From: Squalus acanthias
Taxonomy: Eukaryota
DNA: 64,000 nt
Direction: 5' to 3'
NCBI GenBank assembly: GCA_030390025.1
Contig: JASTWF010000345.1
Coordinates: forward strand, 434,001 to 498,000
The notes under the pieces are model-generated. The model was not told the DNA's origin. It was given only the letters and a program-made list of their open reading frames with translations, and made no database searches. This document shows positions 12,920 to 25,469 of the stretch, one piece after another (within the stretch, counting starts at the first letter, position 1; each line of letters begins with the position of its first letter). The position numbers were made by a program, and so were the translations under genes.

Positions 12920-13571
12920 GGGCTGGATATTGATACTGGGGCGGGTTGGGGTCGTGTCATTCACTTTTCGTGTTATCCACCCGACTGCAATTGGATGTGG
13001 GAGATTGATGCAATTTTCACCTAATTGGGCAATTGAGTTCCAGCATGTGGGAACCCATGAACCAATTAGTGTTTTCAGTCTCAAAGTCGCCTCTGATGAT
13101 GTCATCATTGCTGCTGCATTGAAGGTCAGCAAAGACTGCCTGGCCTTTGCTGAGAGAGGACCTGGATGCAAAATGAGCAGCAGCAGCCCTAAGTCTGCTC
13201 CCAGATATTTTTACACCACCACTCCCAGATATGTCTCCTCCACATAGCCAGCCAGCCAGCCCCAAATGTGCTCCCGCCAGGTTTCACAATCGTGGTTCAG
13301 AACAGGCGTGCTTCACGTAGAACAAGGGTTAAAATCACAAAGGCCTTTCAAAATGGCATTATAGAGGCAATTTAGTGCTTGTTAAGGGCCTTAACAGCCT
13401 ATCCCGCCTCTTAGAGGCGGGATGGAGTCGGGACCAGCAGACACGATTTAATGAAAATTGCGTGGAGGCGGGATGGAGGCGGACTTGTGCCCGCCCGCCC
13501 GCCAGTTTTCGCAATTTTAACCCCCCACACGCCTCCAAACCCGCCTCCACAGGTCAGTGAAAATCCAGCCC
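12920..13571. mobile_element. Harbinger-type MITE, 652 bp, both TIRs present
   Basis: TIRs GGGCTGGATATTGA / TGAAAATCCAGCCC; AAA on both flanks; internal palindrome ATCCCGCCTC-TTA-GAGGCGGGAT at 13401-13423. Confidence 0.8.
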
Positions 13572-14052
13572 AAACTATCTATATACCTTATTTCTTCTGA
13601 CCTTGATTCCATGTTCTCTGGTTCTAGAGTTTGTGGCATTCTCAAACATCTTATCTGGGTTCAACTTATCTATTCCCTTAGAAATCTTGAACACTTGACT
13701 ATCTCCTCTGAGTCATCTCCTCTCCAGAGTAAACAATCACAGGCTTTTCCACCTGCCCATATAGCTCAGATGCCTTAAACTTAGTATTCATATGGTTGCC
13801 CTTTTCTGCGCTGCCCCCAATACCTGGAACTCCTTGCTGTAGTACAGTGATCAGAACAGTACACAGAACTCCAGGTGTGGTTATATCAGTGCCTTATACA
13901 GACTATCATCTCTGGGGATTTATGATCCATCTCTCTGGCTATACATCCCAAGATCTGGCTAGCTTTCCTTACGGCAGTCACACGTTCAGTGAACTATCCA
14001 CCAATACTTCCAAATCCCTCTTTTGTGTTGAATCCTGCAGCCTAGTGTCATT

Positions 14053-14764
14053 GGGCCGGATTTTGGGGTGGTAATGACAGCGAAACCTGTCAGCGTTCAC
14101 CATCATTACCCCTCTGAAACTGACCACAACTTCAGGATTTAGCACATGCGCAGATAAACACAGAGATCCTGAAGTTGTGGTCAGTCATTCCCTGCTCCGC
14201 CACAGGTTGCACCGTGGAACTCCCCAGAGCCGGCAATCAGTTGTAATCACATATAAGGACAAAAACTTCCCCTATTACAATGGAAAATCACTTGTTAAAA
14301 AAAAACCAAAACGTTAAGCCTTGTTGAAAGAGGTGTGACTGGATTTTTAACAGCGTATTGACTGCTGAACAACCGTCCTGGCCCTGAGAAACTAATTTTA
14401 AATTTGTGGAATGTCAAATTTTTCCATGAATATGATTAAGAATTACAAGTTTTTAAATAAATAATATATATATATATTAATTAGCTTCTACCTTAATCAT
14501 ATGTGTATGTCCCAATCTTTATTGCGCTCTCTGTAAAATTTATAAAAAGTAAATTAGAATTTGTGCATTTTGTTGTCTGTGAGAATTCTTCAATGTGATT
14601 GGCTGCTTAGTCAGCTGGATGACAACACCATGCTGAACGCTTAGCATTCATTTGATTTGGTGCCAGATTCACACAAAGGTCGGAAGAGCTGAAATTCACC
14701 ACTGAGATCACTAGATCTTTGAGGTCAGCAGCGAGCGCCGTCGCTTCGTCTCTGACCGTAAATT
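14053..14764. mobile_element. Harbinger-type MITE related to 18247-19020, right TIR clipped
   Basis: Left end ATT|GGGCCGGATTTT, right end CTGACCGTAAATT|ATT; perfect 20-bp inverted repeat 14119-14138/14166-14185. Confidence 0.75.
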
Positions 14765-15984
14765 ATTTTATATTCACATAAAATTCAGCATAAGAATAGG
14801 TGGTACAGCTCATTATCTTGCATTTGTCTACATTTAATATGATTTGCCACTCATCAGCTCATCTTCCGAGTCACAGTTCTTATGCACCCATGTTGGTCAG
14901 TCTTGCTTTAAATCATTTTGAATGGGTTAATCTTGGCTCTGCACCCATTGCTTCTGTGGAAAAAGTGCCTAGCAGTCAGATGTCATCACATATGTATCTC
15001 CTCTCCCCGCAATATACTGGAGGCCACATCAACCATACTAAGAACACAAATACCTACAGTGATGTGTACATCTGCTTTTTTCAACCAATGAGATTAACAA
15101 ACATAACTTCCTTAGCACCAACTGGTTTCACAATCCTATTTCCATTTACAGCGCACTGCCTTTCAAAAAGATACAGGAAATAAGAACTTGTATTTAATGA
15201 GGTGTCATAGGTGAGACAACTTAAAAGCATGGTTCATATTTAACTGAGTTGCATTAAGATTTCTTACCAAAAATACTAAAACTGATGTTGAGCAAAGGAA
15301 GGCATGGTTTAAATAAAGTCCCTATCTTTTTGGAAAAGAAAGTGCCAGTACTGGACTGGTTCCACATACCTTCCATTCTTACGGAGCCACCCTAGATTGC
15401 AACACAGCCATACAACATTTACACAACTGCTCCCATACACCTAACTTTCTAAGTCAAAGGCTCTCTGAAAATTGCATTAAAAATTGAATTTTTGCTAAAA
15501 GAGACTGTTTATAAAAAATGGTGTCTAACAAGTGCTCCAGTAGTTTAGTGAAACATGGGGGCATACAAAATAGGGTGAAGATCTTAAAACCTGGATATTT
15601 TAAAAAGGTTAACTGTAGCTGAAGTTAAATAATGCGAAGAATTTGTGACTTGACTGCATTCTTGAAGTTGCACAGATATGCATCAACAGTATTACAGTCA
15701 ATAGGGCCTTTTTCTCCTTCACCTCCTGTGCTGTGAACCTCTAGGTGACCCATTAAATCAGACTCAACTAAATTATAAAACATCTTTTAAACACATCATT
15801 TTGTCGATTTAAAGTTTATTTTACTTAATTCTGCTTACTCTTCAAAAATGCCATACCTCAACAACATGCTAAGCTTCAGTTCACATATTGAAGGCATACT
15901 AAAAGTAATTTTTTTGCAAAATATTTTGATCGTGGGTGGAACCTTTTTCAAAATTGCTATTTATAAAACATTTTTTTAAAGAAA

Positions 15985-16433
15985 AAATTACTATACAGCT
16001 CTTTATTATGTCTCTCAAAACATCTCAAGTCGCAAAGAAAAGATTATAAGTGCAGTGACTTATTATGTAGATGAATGCAGCAGCCCTATTGTGAAAAGCA
16101 GGATCCCACAAACAGCAATAAGATGAATGACCATTTAATCTATTTTTGGTGGTGTTGGTTGAGAGAGAAACATTGACCAAAACACTAGAAGAACTCCCTG
16201 CTCGTTCTTAAATAGTGCTTTTGGATTTTTAATGTCCACTTGAGAAACTGGCCAGTCAGACAGGACATTTATTTAATATTCCATCTGAACTTTGGGACCT
16301 CTAACAGTGCACCATTCTTTTGATACTTCACTACACTGTTGGCCTAGATTACATGCTCATCTGAGAATGGGTCTCGAGTCCACAACGTTCTAATTCAGAG
16401 GCAGGAGTGTCACCTACTGAGCCAAGCTGGCAC
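15985..16433 (-). mobile_element. DeuSINE-family SINE, diverged
   Basis: Colinear with 205-678 (CCCACAAACAGCAAT...TGACCA...CTGAGCCAAGCTGGCAC). Confidence 0.8.
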
Positions 16434-16902
16434 TGTTTGACACTGTTTTTAAACATCATTGTCACACCAGGCCCATTGGATAATAAATTACAATAAAGGA
16501 ATGCATTTTGATGCAACTGAGGGCAAATGCTCGATTTGTGCTGTGGAAATGCTGCCCAAGAGAAAATAGAATATTTTAACTACAATAATTTGATCACCAT
16601 GCTAATGGGTGAAATTTTACTGATAAATATAATAAAATTAGTTAGAGATAGCCACCCCCAAACATCATTATAGTTGCAAATATGACCCCCAAGCTGAAAA
16701 AGTAACTTTTTCTAACTTATTCTAGTTATTTATTGATTTACACTTTTAAAACCAGTGTGACATTAACCCTTCAAAAGTGATTTTTTTTTTTTAAAGCAAG
16801 TTAAGGTTTAGAAATTATTCACCATGTGGATGGGATTGTGCCAAGGAGTAAGAAGCAATGGTATTGTGCCACATACTTTTGTGCAGTTTCTTTTTGACTT
16901 GA

Positions 16903-17325
16903 GTGCCAGATTTGGCTCAGTGGTTGGACTCTTGCTTCTGAGTCAAAAGGTTGTGGGGGTTCAAACCCAATGACAGCACATTATGTAGGTTGACACTTCA
17001 GTGCAGTACTGAGGGAGTACTGTTTTTCAGGTGAGACATTAAATTGAGCCCATCTGCATGTTTAGGTGGACATAAAAAATACCGTGGCACTTTTTCTAAA
17101 GAGTTAGGAATTCTCCTGGTATCTTGGCCAACCTTTATCCCTCAACCAAAACTGCTAAAATGGATTAACTGACCATTTATCTCATTTGCTCTTTTTAAGA
17201 TCTTGCTTTGCAAATCGGCTGTTGAATTTGCTTACAAAATAGCCGTGACTACATTTCAAAAGTAATTATTTGGCTGTGAAGCACTTTGGGAGATCCTGAG
17301 GGTGTGAAAGGTGCTATATAAGTAC
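16903..17325 (+). mobile_element. DeuSINE-family SINE, diverged
   Basis: TGGCTCAGTGG A box, GGTTCAAACCC B box, Deu-like core and L2-like tail. Confidence 0.8.
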
Positions 17326-18246
17326 ATTATTTTCTCCCCGTCACTTAGATGTCTTATATACCAGGGGACCCATCCCAAATGCTTAAGAATTTTCAAATCA
17401 AAATGCTGAGAAATCTACATGGGTAGATAATGAAGTGCACGTTCTCACCCCGTACACACCCAACTTGCATAAACTCAGCGAGCTAAGGTAGGGGTTGGCA
17501 ACAGCCATGGTTCAAAGGTATACGGGGGGCACTACTGGGGTTTAGCTCTAACTAAAACTGTGCAGCTTACTAGGACAGAGCATTTGTAACTTCCCACTGC
17601 TTGTTAAGTGAGGAACACTCCACCCACTGGGACACAGCTTGCAGGGTTATCTGGACCTGAAGGGGAAGAATACCAGGTCCCGTGACAGGTCTATCTGTCC
17701 AGATCCATGTGCCCGGCTAGCTGGTCAATCTTCAACCTGGTCTGGAGTCCTGCGAACTGCCGGCATGTGTGTCAGATTCTCGGTCTGCCACAGGCGGTTG
17801 ATTTGGTTCCTAGCAACCGTCACTAGGTATGTGATGTTGAAGCTAATTTAACACTTGCTTGCCTCCCTACTTTCCCCACAAGATGGATAGTCACTAGTTG
17901 GTGCAATTCTAAATGGTTAGCTCAAAAGTAGCACCAGCAGAGTCTTGAGAGCATGTTTTGTACCCAAGATGTTGGTTGGAGAATGGTGCAGGATACACAG
18001 AGTAAGAATGTAAAAATTGCCAGCAATGTGGAAGTGACGCAAACAAAAATTTTTGACACTACGTTGGACAAGATTCTTTCCACATCAGGTATGTATTTAT
18101 ATAAGCCAGCGTTCTGTGAACATTCTGAAGTGTAAAATAACTCATTTCTGCTCCAAAAACCTGTGGAAACTGAAGAATTGCAGCAATTTTAAAAATATAT
18201 CGCCGAGGTGAAAAATATAAAAACATATTTGAACATAATTTACAAT

Positions 18247-18563
18247 GGCCCAGAATTTGCTGTAGTCAGTCAATGAACGGCGCCCACTGTTAGTTAGACT
18301 TGCCCTTGCTTGTTTAATTTCCATGAGATCTTGCACTGGAAGTTGTTGGAAATGGGAGATGGAAATGGCACGGCGCCCTCTACAGGACATCTGGGATCTG
18401 AGTGAACAGGACAAGCAACTGTGCATCTCCTTAACCAATCAGATTGAAGAATTGTGAAATGGACAACGCAGAGCTTGAACCAGAAAGTGTAAGTTAGAAT
18501 GGTGACTTCAATGTCAAATCAGGTACAGAAAGAGAAATAAAGAGGGGGAAAGAAAGATTGGAT

Positions 18564-18609
<46 letters not shown>

Positions 18610-19020
18610 TTTTTTTAAATATCCAATAACAATTAAAAGCTGAATGAATGAGATTCACACTTGTAATGGTTAATTTTCAGTGCCAGCGAGGTTGTTTGGC
18701 AGTAATTAACATCTATCACGCTGTTAAAAAGGGTACTTAGACTGAAATGGACAAGCCCTAACTTTCTGTGACGAGTTTGGTTCGTATCTACCGTGCAAGA
18801 ACAGCAACTTCTCACCGTTCAATGCATTTCAATGATGAGTCAGACAGCGAGATGCCGTTTTCGTGAAGCTAACGGCTGGGCGGTACATCTCTGACAGCAA
18901 CTTCCGGATTTTCACATTTAACTGCACATCTGCCCTCTCCTGAAGTTGCTGTGCGATTTGCACATAAATAGCGGTGAGTGCCGTTAGCCTCACCATCATT
19001 TTGACAGGAAAATCTGGGCC
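18247..19020. mobile_element. Harbinger-type MITE, 774 bp, complete
   Basis: TIRs GGCCCAGAATTTGCTGT / ACAGGAAAATCTGGGCC (15/17 match); 3-bp TSD AAT at 18244-18246 and 19021-19023. Confidence 0.88.
18571..18606. repeat. (GA)18 microsatellite inside the MITE
   Basis: Direct reading. Confidence 0.95.
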
Positions 19021-19993
19021 AATATATCAATATCACTGATATTAACTTTTTCACTATATGTATTTCAGACTTATATCCTGCATTATGGGATATTCACTGT
19101 AGCTTGCATCACATTACAACTCTGTTTTGCACTTGGCTCCGAAGAACATTATACCTAGGATGTAATAGGTTTAATTTTAGCTAGGAACTCTCAGACATTT
19201 TGTAAACAGTCACAAGCACTATTGCTACATTTTTAAACAGTTATGTAGACATTTTGAAGCTTTAGGACATGCCATATTTCAAATAATGTTTAAGGCGTAT
19301 ATATTTTATGAAATACACAAAGAGCATGTGATCTGATTCCTAATCAGTATCAACAATGTCAGCTTATTTCTCTGATAATTGTTAAGAGGACTTCAGTTTT
19401 GAAAAAAAACTGATCTAGCCATTATTTTTAACCTAGATGTTTCATAAAAACATCTACATTTTGCTAGTATTTCCTCAACAGAACTTCCCTACTGCAATAT
19501 AACATTTATTTATGTTGCCCTGCAACATATTCAGCTCAGAGGCATGACAGATGACCTGCTCTTGGACCATTCCCACTGGTAATCTTGAGCCAGCCACTTA
19601 GGGTTCATGGGAGTGATATAACTTCTGACTTGTATCAGGTAATATCAGGGTGAAATAACCTCTGACTTTTCCCTTTTCATCTACACATTAAGATACTAAT
19701 GACTCTACAGATCCACTTTAATATTTTCTCAGACATATGTCTGTATGCCTTACTAGTCCATCATTTCCTCAAATCGCCTTTACACACAAACTGTCCTGCC
19801 ATAGAAACTGTAGTTTATGCAATTTAAAGCATACCTAGATGTAGCAACAGAAATAACTATTAGCTGTCTAAGAACTTACAGAAAATAGTGACTGTACTGG
19901 CTGGAGCTTTCACGAATTAAGCACATCATACAGAGGTATTTTCTAGAATTTGAGAAATGTGGAAAGACTCTAAAAGATGAGTTAAATTCTAAA

Positions 19994-20183
19994 GCCCTGA
20001 AATTATTCGGTGGACTACTAGCAGATGAATGCTTAACCCCTTCATCTGAAATTCCTCTCTTTGCACTTTAAGTAGAGATGTTAACCTGTTCAATTTAAAT
20101 GAATTAATGGCATCATCAAAATAGCAGAAAGGGGAGTTTCAGATTGAGATTCTCCGCTTATATCCACAGTGTAATTTCAGGGC
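19994..20183. mobile_element. Small foldback MITE (~190 bp)
   Basis: Perfect 12-bp TIR GCCCTGAAATTA / TAATTTCAGGGC plus inner IR ATCTGAAATTCC / GGAGTTTCAGAT; no clear TSD. Confidence 0.65.
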
Positions 20184-21999
20184 CCAGGTCAGTAAAACGA
20201 GTCTTATAGTAGCTGATAAATGTCATTATTGATGATGGAAGGCATGGATACCCAAATAATCACCAATACTGCAGCAACCACTGGGCTACTGATGATTCAC
20301 TTAAAGGAAGGGTGGGTGGCAGTGCTTTTGATAACAATTGCTCTTCCATCATTCATTTTTTTTTAAAGTTAAAGATATCTCCTACCTATAAAGGAAATTT
20401 CTTAACTTTCTGAAAATATGGAAATTAGAACAGTTGTCTTAAATAATGTAAGTAAACATCATCATGTGCAAAATAAGTTGTAGCATTAAAAATAATGAAA
20501 TGCAATTCTGGAAATTCCCTTTGCCAGCAGTGGCCGGGGTTTGCACTGATCTACACTGGAGGCTCAGACCATTTAATATTGCAGTACTACAAACAAACAT
20601 TTCTTTTTTCAGCTAGTGCAATGTTGCATTGGTAATGTATACCCTGGTACAGCAATGGCACTCTACCACCAAATTAATATTCACCAAAATTCTGCGATAA
20701 AGTGTATGACCAATCATTTTTTGAATTTGTGAAGCAAGTGCGGGAGAGGGTGGGGGGGAATGATCCTTGACTTCCGTATCATTTCCCTCTGGCGTTCTGG
20801 GTCACAAATCCCAGCTTCTATGCATCAGCTGGTTGGAAGGTGCTTCAGGCTAATAATTTAATGATTTGACGAACATCCTAAGGTAAATCACAAAAATGTG
20901 AGATTCAGAGTTTGCGACCGTTGGCAAAAGAAGCGCTGACTGCAACATTAAAACCTCTGGCTTTACTAGTTATACAGACAGTACCGGCTCAAAAAAAGTT
21001 TGCAGAGGCCTTTGTTTTGCTTATTGAAGCTCGGTTGTGGAATTATTATAGGTCTGGGACTCATTTACCGTGAAATTATTCACAGATTTGCTGTGAGGTC
21101 AGGAATTCCTGTTTTGAGAGTTATTCAGGAAAGAATGGTCCCGTTTTGTACATCACTAAAAATCAAGCGTTAAAACCTCAATCACTGAATGAGCACCTGC
21201 TGCGGAAGAAGAATTAAACATATTCCCACCACGCTTATCAGAATATGTAAAGCGGATTTTCTGTAGAAGGTTAATGTTTTCACAAGGTAGGTAGCCACAG
21301 TGTTGCTAACAGGCAGCTTCACCAGGGGCTTTGCTGCTGCAATGCATAACAACAGAGTCTCAGGCTTTGAAGTTGCAGTCTATAGACTTTGAACTATGCA
21401 AGGCTGTCCACTGCATATAGATTAACTATGTTGCCAACAGTTTCAGCTAGCTCTGTATATAACTGAAAGCAGAATGTTTTGTAAGTCCGCCCTCCAGTCA
21501 CAAATACACACATCAATGCTCACACCAAAAGCACTGATTTATGAAACCAGAATTCCTTTGCAAAGAGCAAACATTTCCAACATAATTTCAAGGTAAAATG
21601 TTAGGAGGAGGAAAAAAAAAGGAAAATTGTGTTTTCACATTAGTTTAGGGACATCACTATCTGATCCTATATCAACCTTTGTGGATGATACAACATTGTA
21701 TCAACATTGTATCATCATTAACAGTAAAAAAAAGTAAATTCTGGGTCGAGTTATCTCTACAATTGACTTTTCACTTTTAATGGTGGTATTTTGTATTGCC
21801 CACAATTATAGGGTCAGGTAGTGATGTAGCTATACAAATTTTGAACTTCAAACAAAATGGTAGTATTACTCAGGATAATCTTAAATAACAATTTGAATTA
21901 GTCATCTACTTCATTAACAATTTGAAGTCAGATTTTAATTGGAGAGCGCCTTGTCAGTCTTCTGTAGCATGTGGGGGAAAATTCCTGGAAACCTCCAGA

Positions 22000-22420
22000 G
22001 ATCAGTGGGTAACGCACCACGTGGTGTGGTCTAGTTCTGAGCTATGAAGATCCCAAGTTTGATCCTAGTCTGTGCCGAGTTACCTGACTTACCTAGGGTA
22101 GCAGATGGAAATATTAGATTTGGCTTCAGTTTCTTGGGCTAAGGGGTGTGGGAAGAGGAGGCTGGACAGGAATCCTACGTTTACAGCAGCGACCCCTGCT
22201 ATAAAGTGCATCTGTGTATGAGTGCACGAGAGTGTGTGCAAGCGAGAAAGAAAATGTTAAAGGAGAGCAGAATCTGGCTTTTTGGTGAACATCTATGTTT
22301 AGGCTCACCCAGGAAGAAGGACCACTTGTTTGACCGATCAGAGGCCTGAGGCTTGCTGGTACCTCTGGAACTGTAACCCAGCATGAGGCAGTGCCTTCCA
22401 CAAGGGAGGGAGAAATATTG
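22000..22420 (+). mobile_element. Old SINE-like dispersed repeat (family not named)
   Basis: Shares motifs (TCCCARGTTTGATC, TTGGCCTCAGT, GACCCCTGCT) with copies at ~57595-57940 (+), ~44225-44500 (+), ~25470-25810 (-) and ~40540-40785 (-). Confidence 0.6.
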
Positions 22421-22440
22421 AGGAAAATGTATTTGAGAAA

Positions 22441-22546
22441 AATGAGAAGTCGCACAACACCAGGTTATAGTCCAACAGATTTATTTAAATTACAAGCTTT
22501 CGGAGCTATCGATCGCCCCTTCTTCAGGTAAAGTTACTGTGAGTGA
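22441..22546 (-). mobile_element. Penelope-like element pseudo-LTR remnant with 10-bp TSD
   Basis: ATTTGAGAAA at 22431-22440 and 22547-22556; near-identical to the 27080 copy; hammerhead core followed by AATAAA on the minus strand. Confidence 0.8.
22490..22531 (-). ncRNA. Minimal type I hammerhead ribozyme (dimer type)
   Basis: Minus strand: TTAC-CTGAAGA-A-GGGGC(GATCGATA)GCTCC-GAAA-GC-TT-GTAA. Confidence 0.75.
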
Positions 22547-23029
22547 ATTTGAGAAAGGCATAGCTAATGCAAGCATCAGATTAAAGAATTATCAAATGAT
22601 TTTAAATCTTTAAACAATTCAGTCCATGAACTATCATGTGCTGTTCCCTTATTTCTAATTATTTAAAATCATGTGTTGTCAAATAAGCCAATTTTAAGAG
22701 TAGTATTATTTCCTCCTGCCAACAGAATTAAAACATCAAATCAGAAAACGAATTCTGAAAGTTCAAAACCCATCATAAATGGACACTGCTATTTACATCT
22801 TTCTCAGCTATTCTTAATCATAGAAACTGTGTTGAGTGAGCCACAGTGTAATGACCTGTAAACATGGAATGCTGTGACCTCATTTCTTTCTTTCCCAGGA
22901 TCTTTAACATTGACACAGACAAACCCAGACACTTCCGTTCAGTGCCAGGATAATAAAAAAAATGATCAGATTTTGGATGAATGTTATATTTCCCCGCTTT
23001 CCTCCCCCCACCACTATTTTTATTGTACT

Positions 23030-24050
23030 AAGTTATCTCTGGAGTCCCCAAGCCCCAAGGATCTATCCCTGGTCCCCTCCTGTTTCTTACCTATGTGTAG
23101 CCCCTCAGCAACATAATCCGAAAACACGTCGGATTCCTCATGTACGCTGATAACACCCAACTCTAACTCACCACCACCTCTCTCGACCCCTCCATTGCTT
23201 CTGATTTATCACGCTGCTTGTCCGATATCCTGTATTGGATGAGCAGAAATTTCTCCAATTAAATATTGGGAAGAACAAAGCCATTGTCTTCAGTCCCCGC
23301 CACTAACTCTGTTCCTTAGCCATCGATTCCATCCCCTCCCTCGCCACTGTCAGAGGCTAAACCAGACCTTTCTCAACCTTGGCATCCTATTTGACCCAGA
23401 GTTCAGCTTCCGAACCCATAGCCACTCCCTCACTAAGACGGCCTATTTCCATCTCCTTGTCTCAGCCCATCTGCTGCTGAAACCCTCATCCATACCTTTG
23501 TTATCTCTCGACTTCACTATTCCAATGCTCTCCTGGCCGGCCTCCCACCCACCTTTAACTTGAGCTTATCCAAAGCTCTGTTGCCCATATCTTAACTCGC
23601 ACCAAGTCCCGATCAACCATCACGCCTGTGCTTGCTGACCTACATTTGCTCCTGGTCCGGCAACGCCTCAAATTTTAAAATCCTCATCCTTGTATTCAAA
23701 TTACTCCATGGCTTCGCCCCTCCCTACCTCTGTAACCTCCTCCAGCCCTACAACCCTCCAAGATCTCTGCGCTCCTCTAATTCTGCCCTCTTGCGCATCC
23801 CCAATTTTCTTCACTCCTCCATTGCCGGCCGTGCCTTCAGCTGCCAAGGCCCTAAGCTCTGGAATTCCATCCCTAAACCCCTCTACCTCGCTTTCCTCCT
23901 TTAAGCCGCTCCTAAATACCTACCTCTTTCACCTGTCCTGATGCCTCTTTATGTGGCACAGTGTCAAATTTTGTCTGCTAACGCTTCTGTGAAGTGCCTT
24001 GGGACATTTTACTACGTTAAAGACGCTAAATAAATGCAAGTTGTTGCTGT
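23030..24050 (+). mobile_element. L2 LINE 3' ~1 kb, decayed
   Basis: MYADNTQL RT motif (~23140), LNIGK, SRLHYSNALL, FKILILVFK, GPKLWNSIP; AAATGCAAGTTGTTG tail. Confidence 0.9.
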
Positions 24051-24990
24051 AAGTAAAACAGTGAATGTGAAAATCGTTTCTCATGGTAAACTAACTGTGC
24101 ATGCTTCAAAGTTATGCATTTATTCCAAACCCACTCTCTGAAGACGTAGTGGGTCCATACAAAGATCTTGCTAACAAAGACAGATGAATGTGCCTTCAAG
24201 TCAGACAGTGGTTATCAGCAACAGCAGGAACAATATAACCCAAAAGCAAAATTATCACGAGGCAGAAAGCTAAACAATGAAATTAAACCCACACAGAAAT
24301 GGAAGAGTACTGCAAAACTGTAGGAACATAGGCAAGTAATAAGTAGGAAATGATTAAAACATTCCCAACAGATGGCCGCCAAGGCAAACAAATATAAACA
24401 ACAGACGGTGCAGATCAATGCAAACATGAAGGCAAGGATTCCTGAACTATGGAATACCGAGAAATTAGGAAACGGAATTTTACTTAGTTGATCTTCTATT
24501 TAAGTAGAATTGCTGTAAATCACTTCCATTCCCATTTGATTTTCTTTCCAGGTGAATGAAAACATTCACAGACACATTTACTGGAGAAACCAATTAGCTA
24601 ATAAGTATACATAGTATTAAAAACCCTCTCGATCTCCCCACATTCAATAGTGACTTCCGGTGATAGAGCAGTGAGTTGTAATTCAAAGTCACAAATATTG
24701 AATGATTTTTCAATGATAAAGAAAAAATACAATTTTTATCATTCTTGGTTTTGGAATTTTATCATTAAATTCCACTGCTTGGTAAAAGGTGATAGGGAAC
24801 ATAAAACAAAATGCAGAGGCATTACTTAGTTATTAGTTCAATGTCTTTATCCTTGCACTCTCATTTTGCTTCCATGCTACTTTCCTGCAGATGAGTGTGC
24901 ACATTGGTTACAGATTCCTTTTACGACTTTGAGTGCTGACACTTCTTTGCGTCACATTTTCCTGCTTGGATACCGTACTCAGCTGCTTTA

Positions 24991-25255
24991 AACATAGAAA
25001 CATAGAAACATAGAATCTAGGAGCAGGAGTAGGCCATTCGGCCCGTCGAGCCTGCTCCACCATTCAATACGATCATGGCTGATCATCCAAATCCAGTACC
25101 CTGTCCCTGCCCCAATCCCCACAGTACACATATCCCACCCTACCCCCGCAACCCCACGTATTTAATTCCCCCTAACATATCCCATCCTATCCTCATAACC
25201 CCACATATTTAATCCCCCCCTAACACTAAGGGTCAATTTATCATAGCCAAATCAA
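24991..25255 (-). mobile_element. Composite of a CR1 3' end and a truncated HE1 SINE 3' part with internal duplication
   Basis: (AACATAGA)3 CR1 tail, then sequence nearly identical to 43102-43180 with a ~47-bp unit duplicated. Confidence 0.75.
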
Positions 25256-25469
25256 TTTACTGAGCATCATACAATACCATTCAAACTAGGTGCTAAATTA
25301 CAAGCTGGCTCAGCTTTGAAACCATTTTAGGTGTAGGTCGACTGAATTTACACTGGCCTTAAAGGCAACTGAACTGTATTTGTCGGAGTTCTTCTACACC
25401 AACATTTCTAGACTGACATTTCCTATACAATATAAATGTGTTAGCGCAAAAAAAAGGTAATATTTTTTC

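Larger units (their letters stand above)
12730..14870 (-). mobile_element. Old CR1 remnant interrupted by two MITEs (pieces ~12730-12919, 13572-14052, ~14790-14870)
   Basis: CR1-like antisense motifs (AGAACAGTACACAGAACTCCAGGTGTGG; CATTTGTCTACATTTAATATGATTTGCCACTC) continue across the MITE insertions. Confidence 0.65.

Noticed and set aside
22000..22420. LF-SINE
   Set aside because: Does not match the LF-SINE consensus as I recall it; kept as an unnamed SINE-like family.
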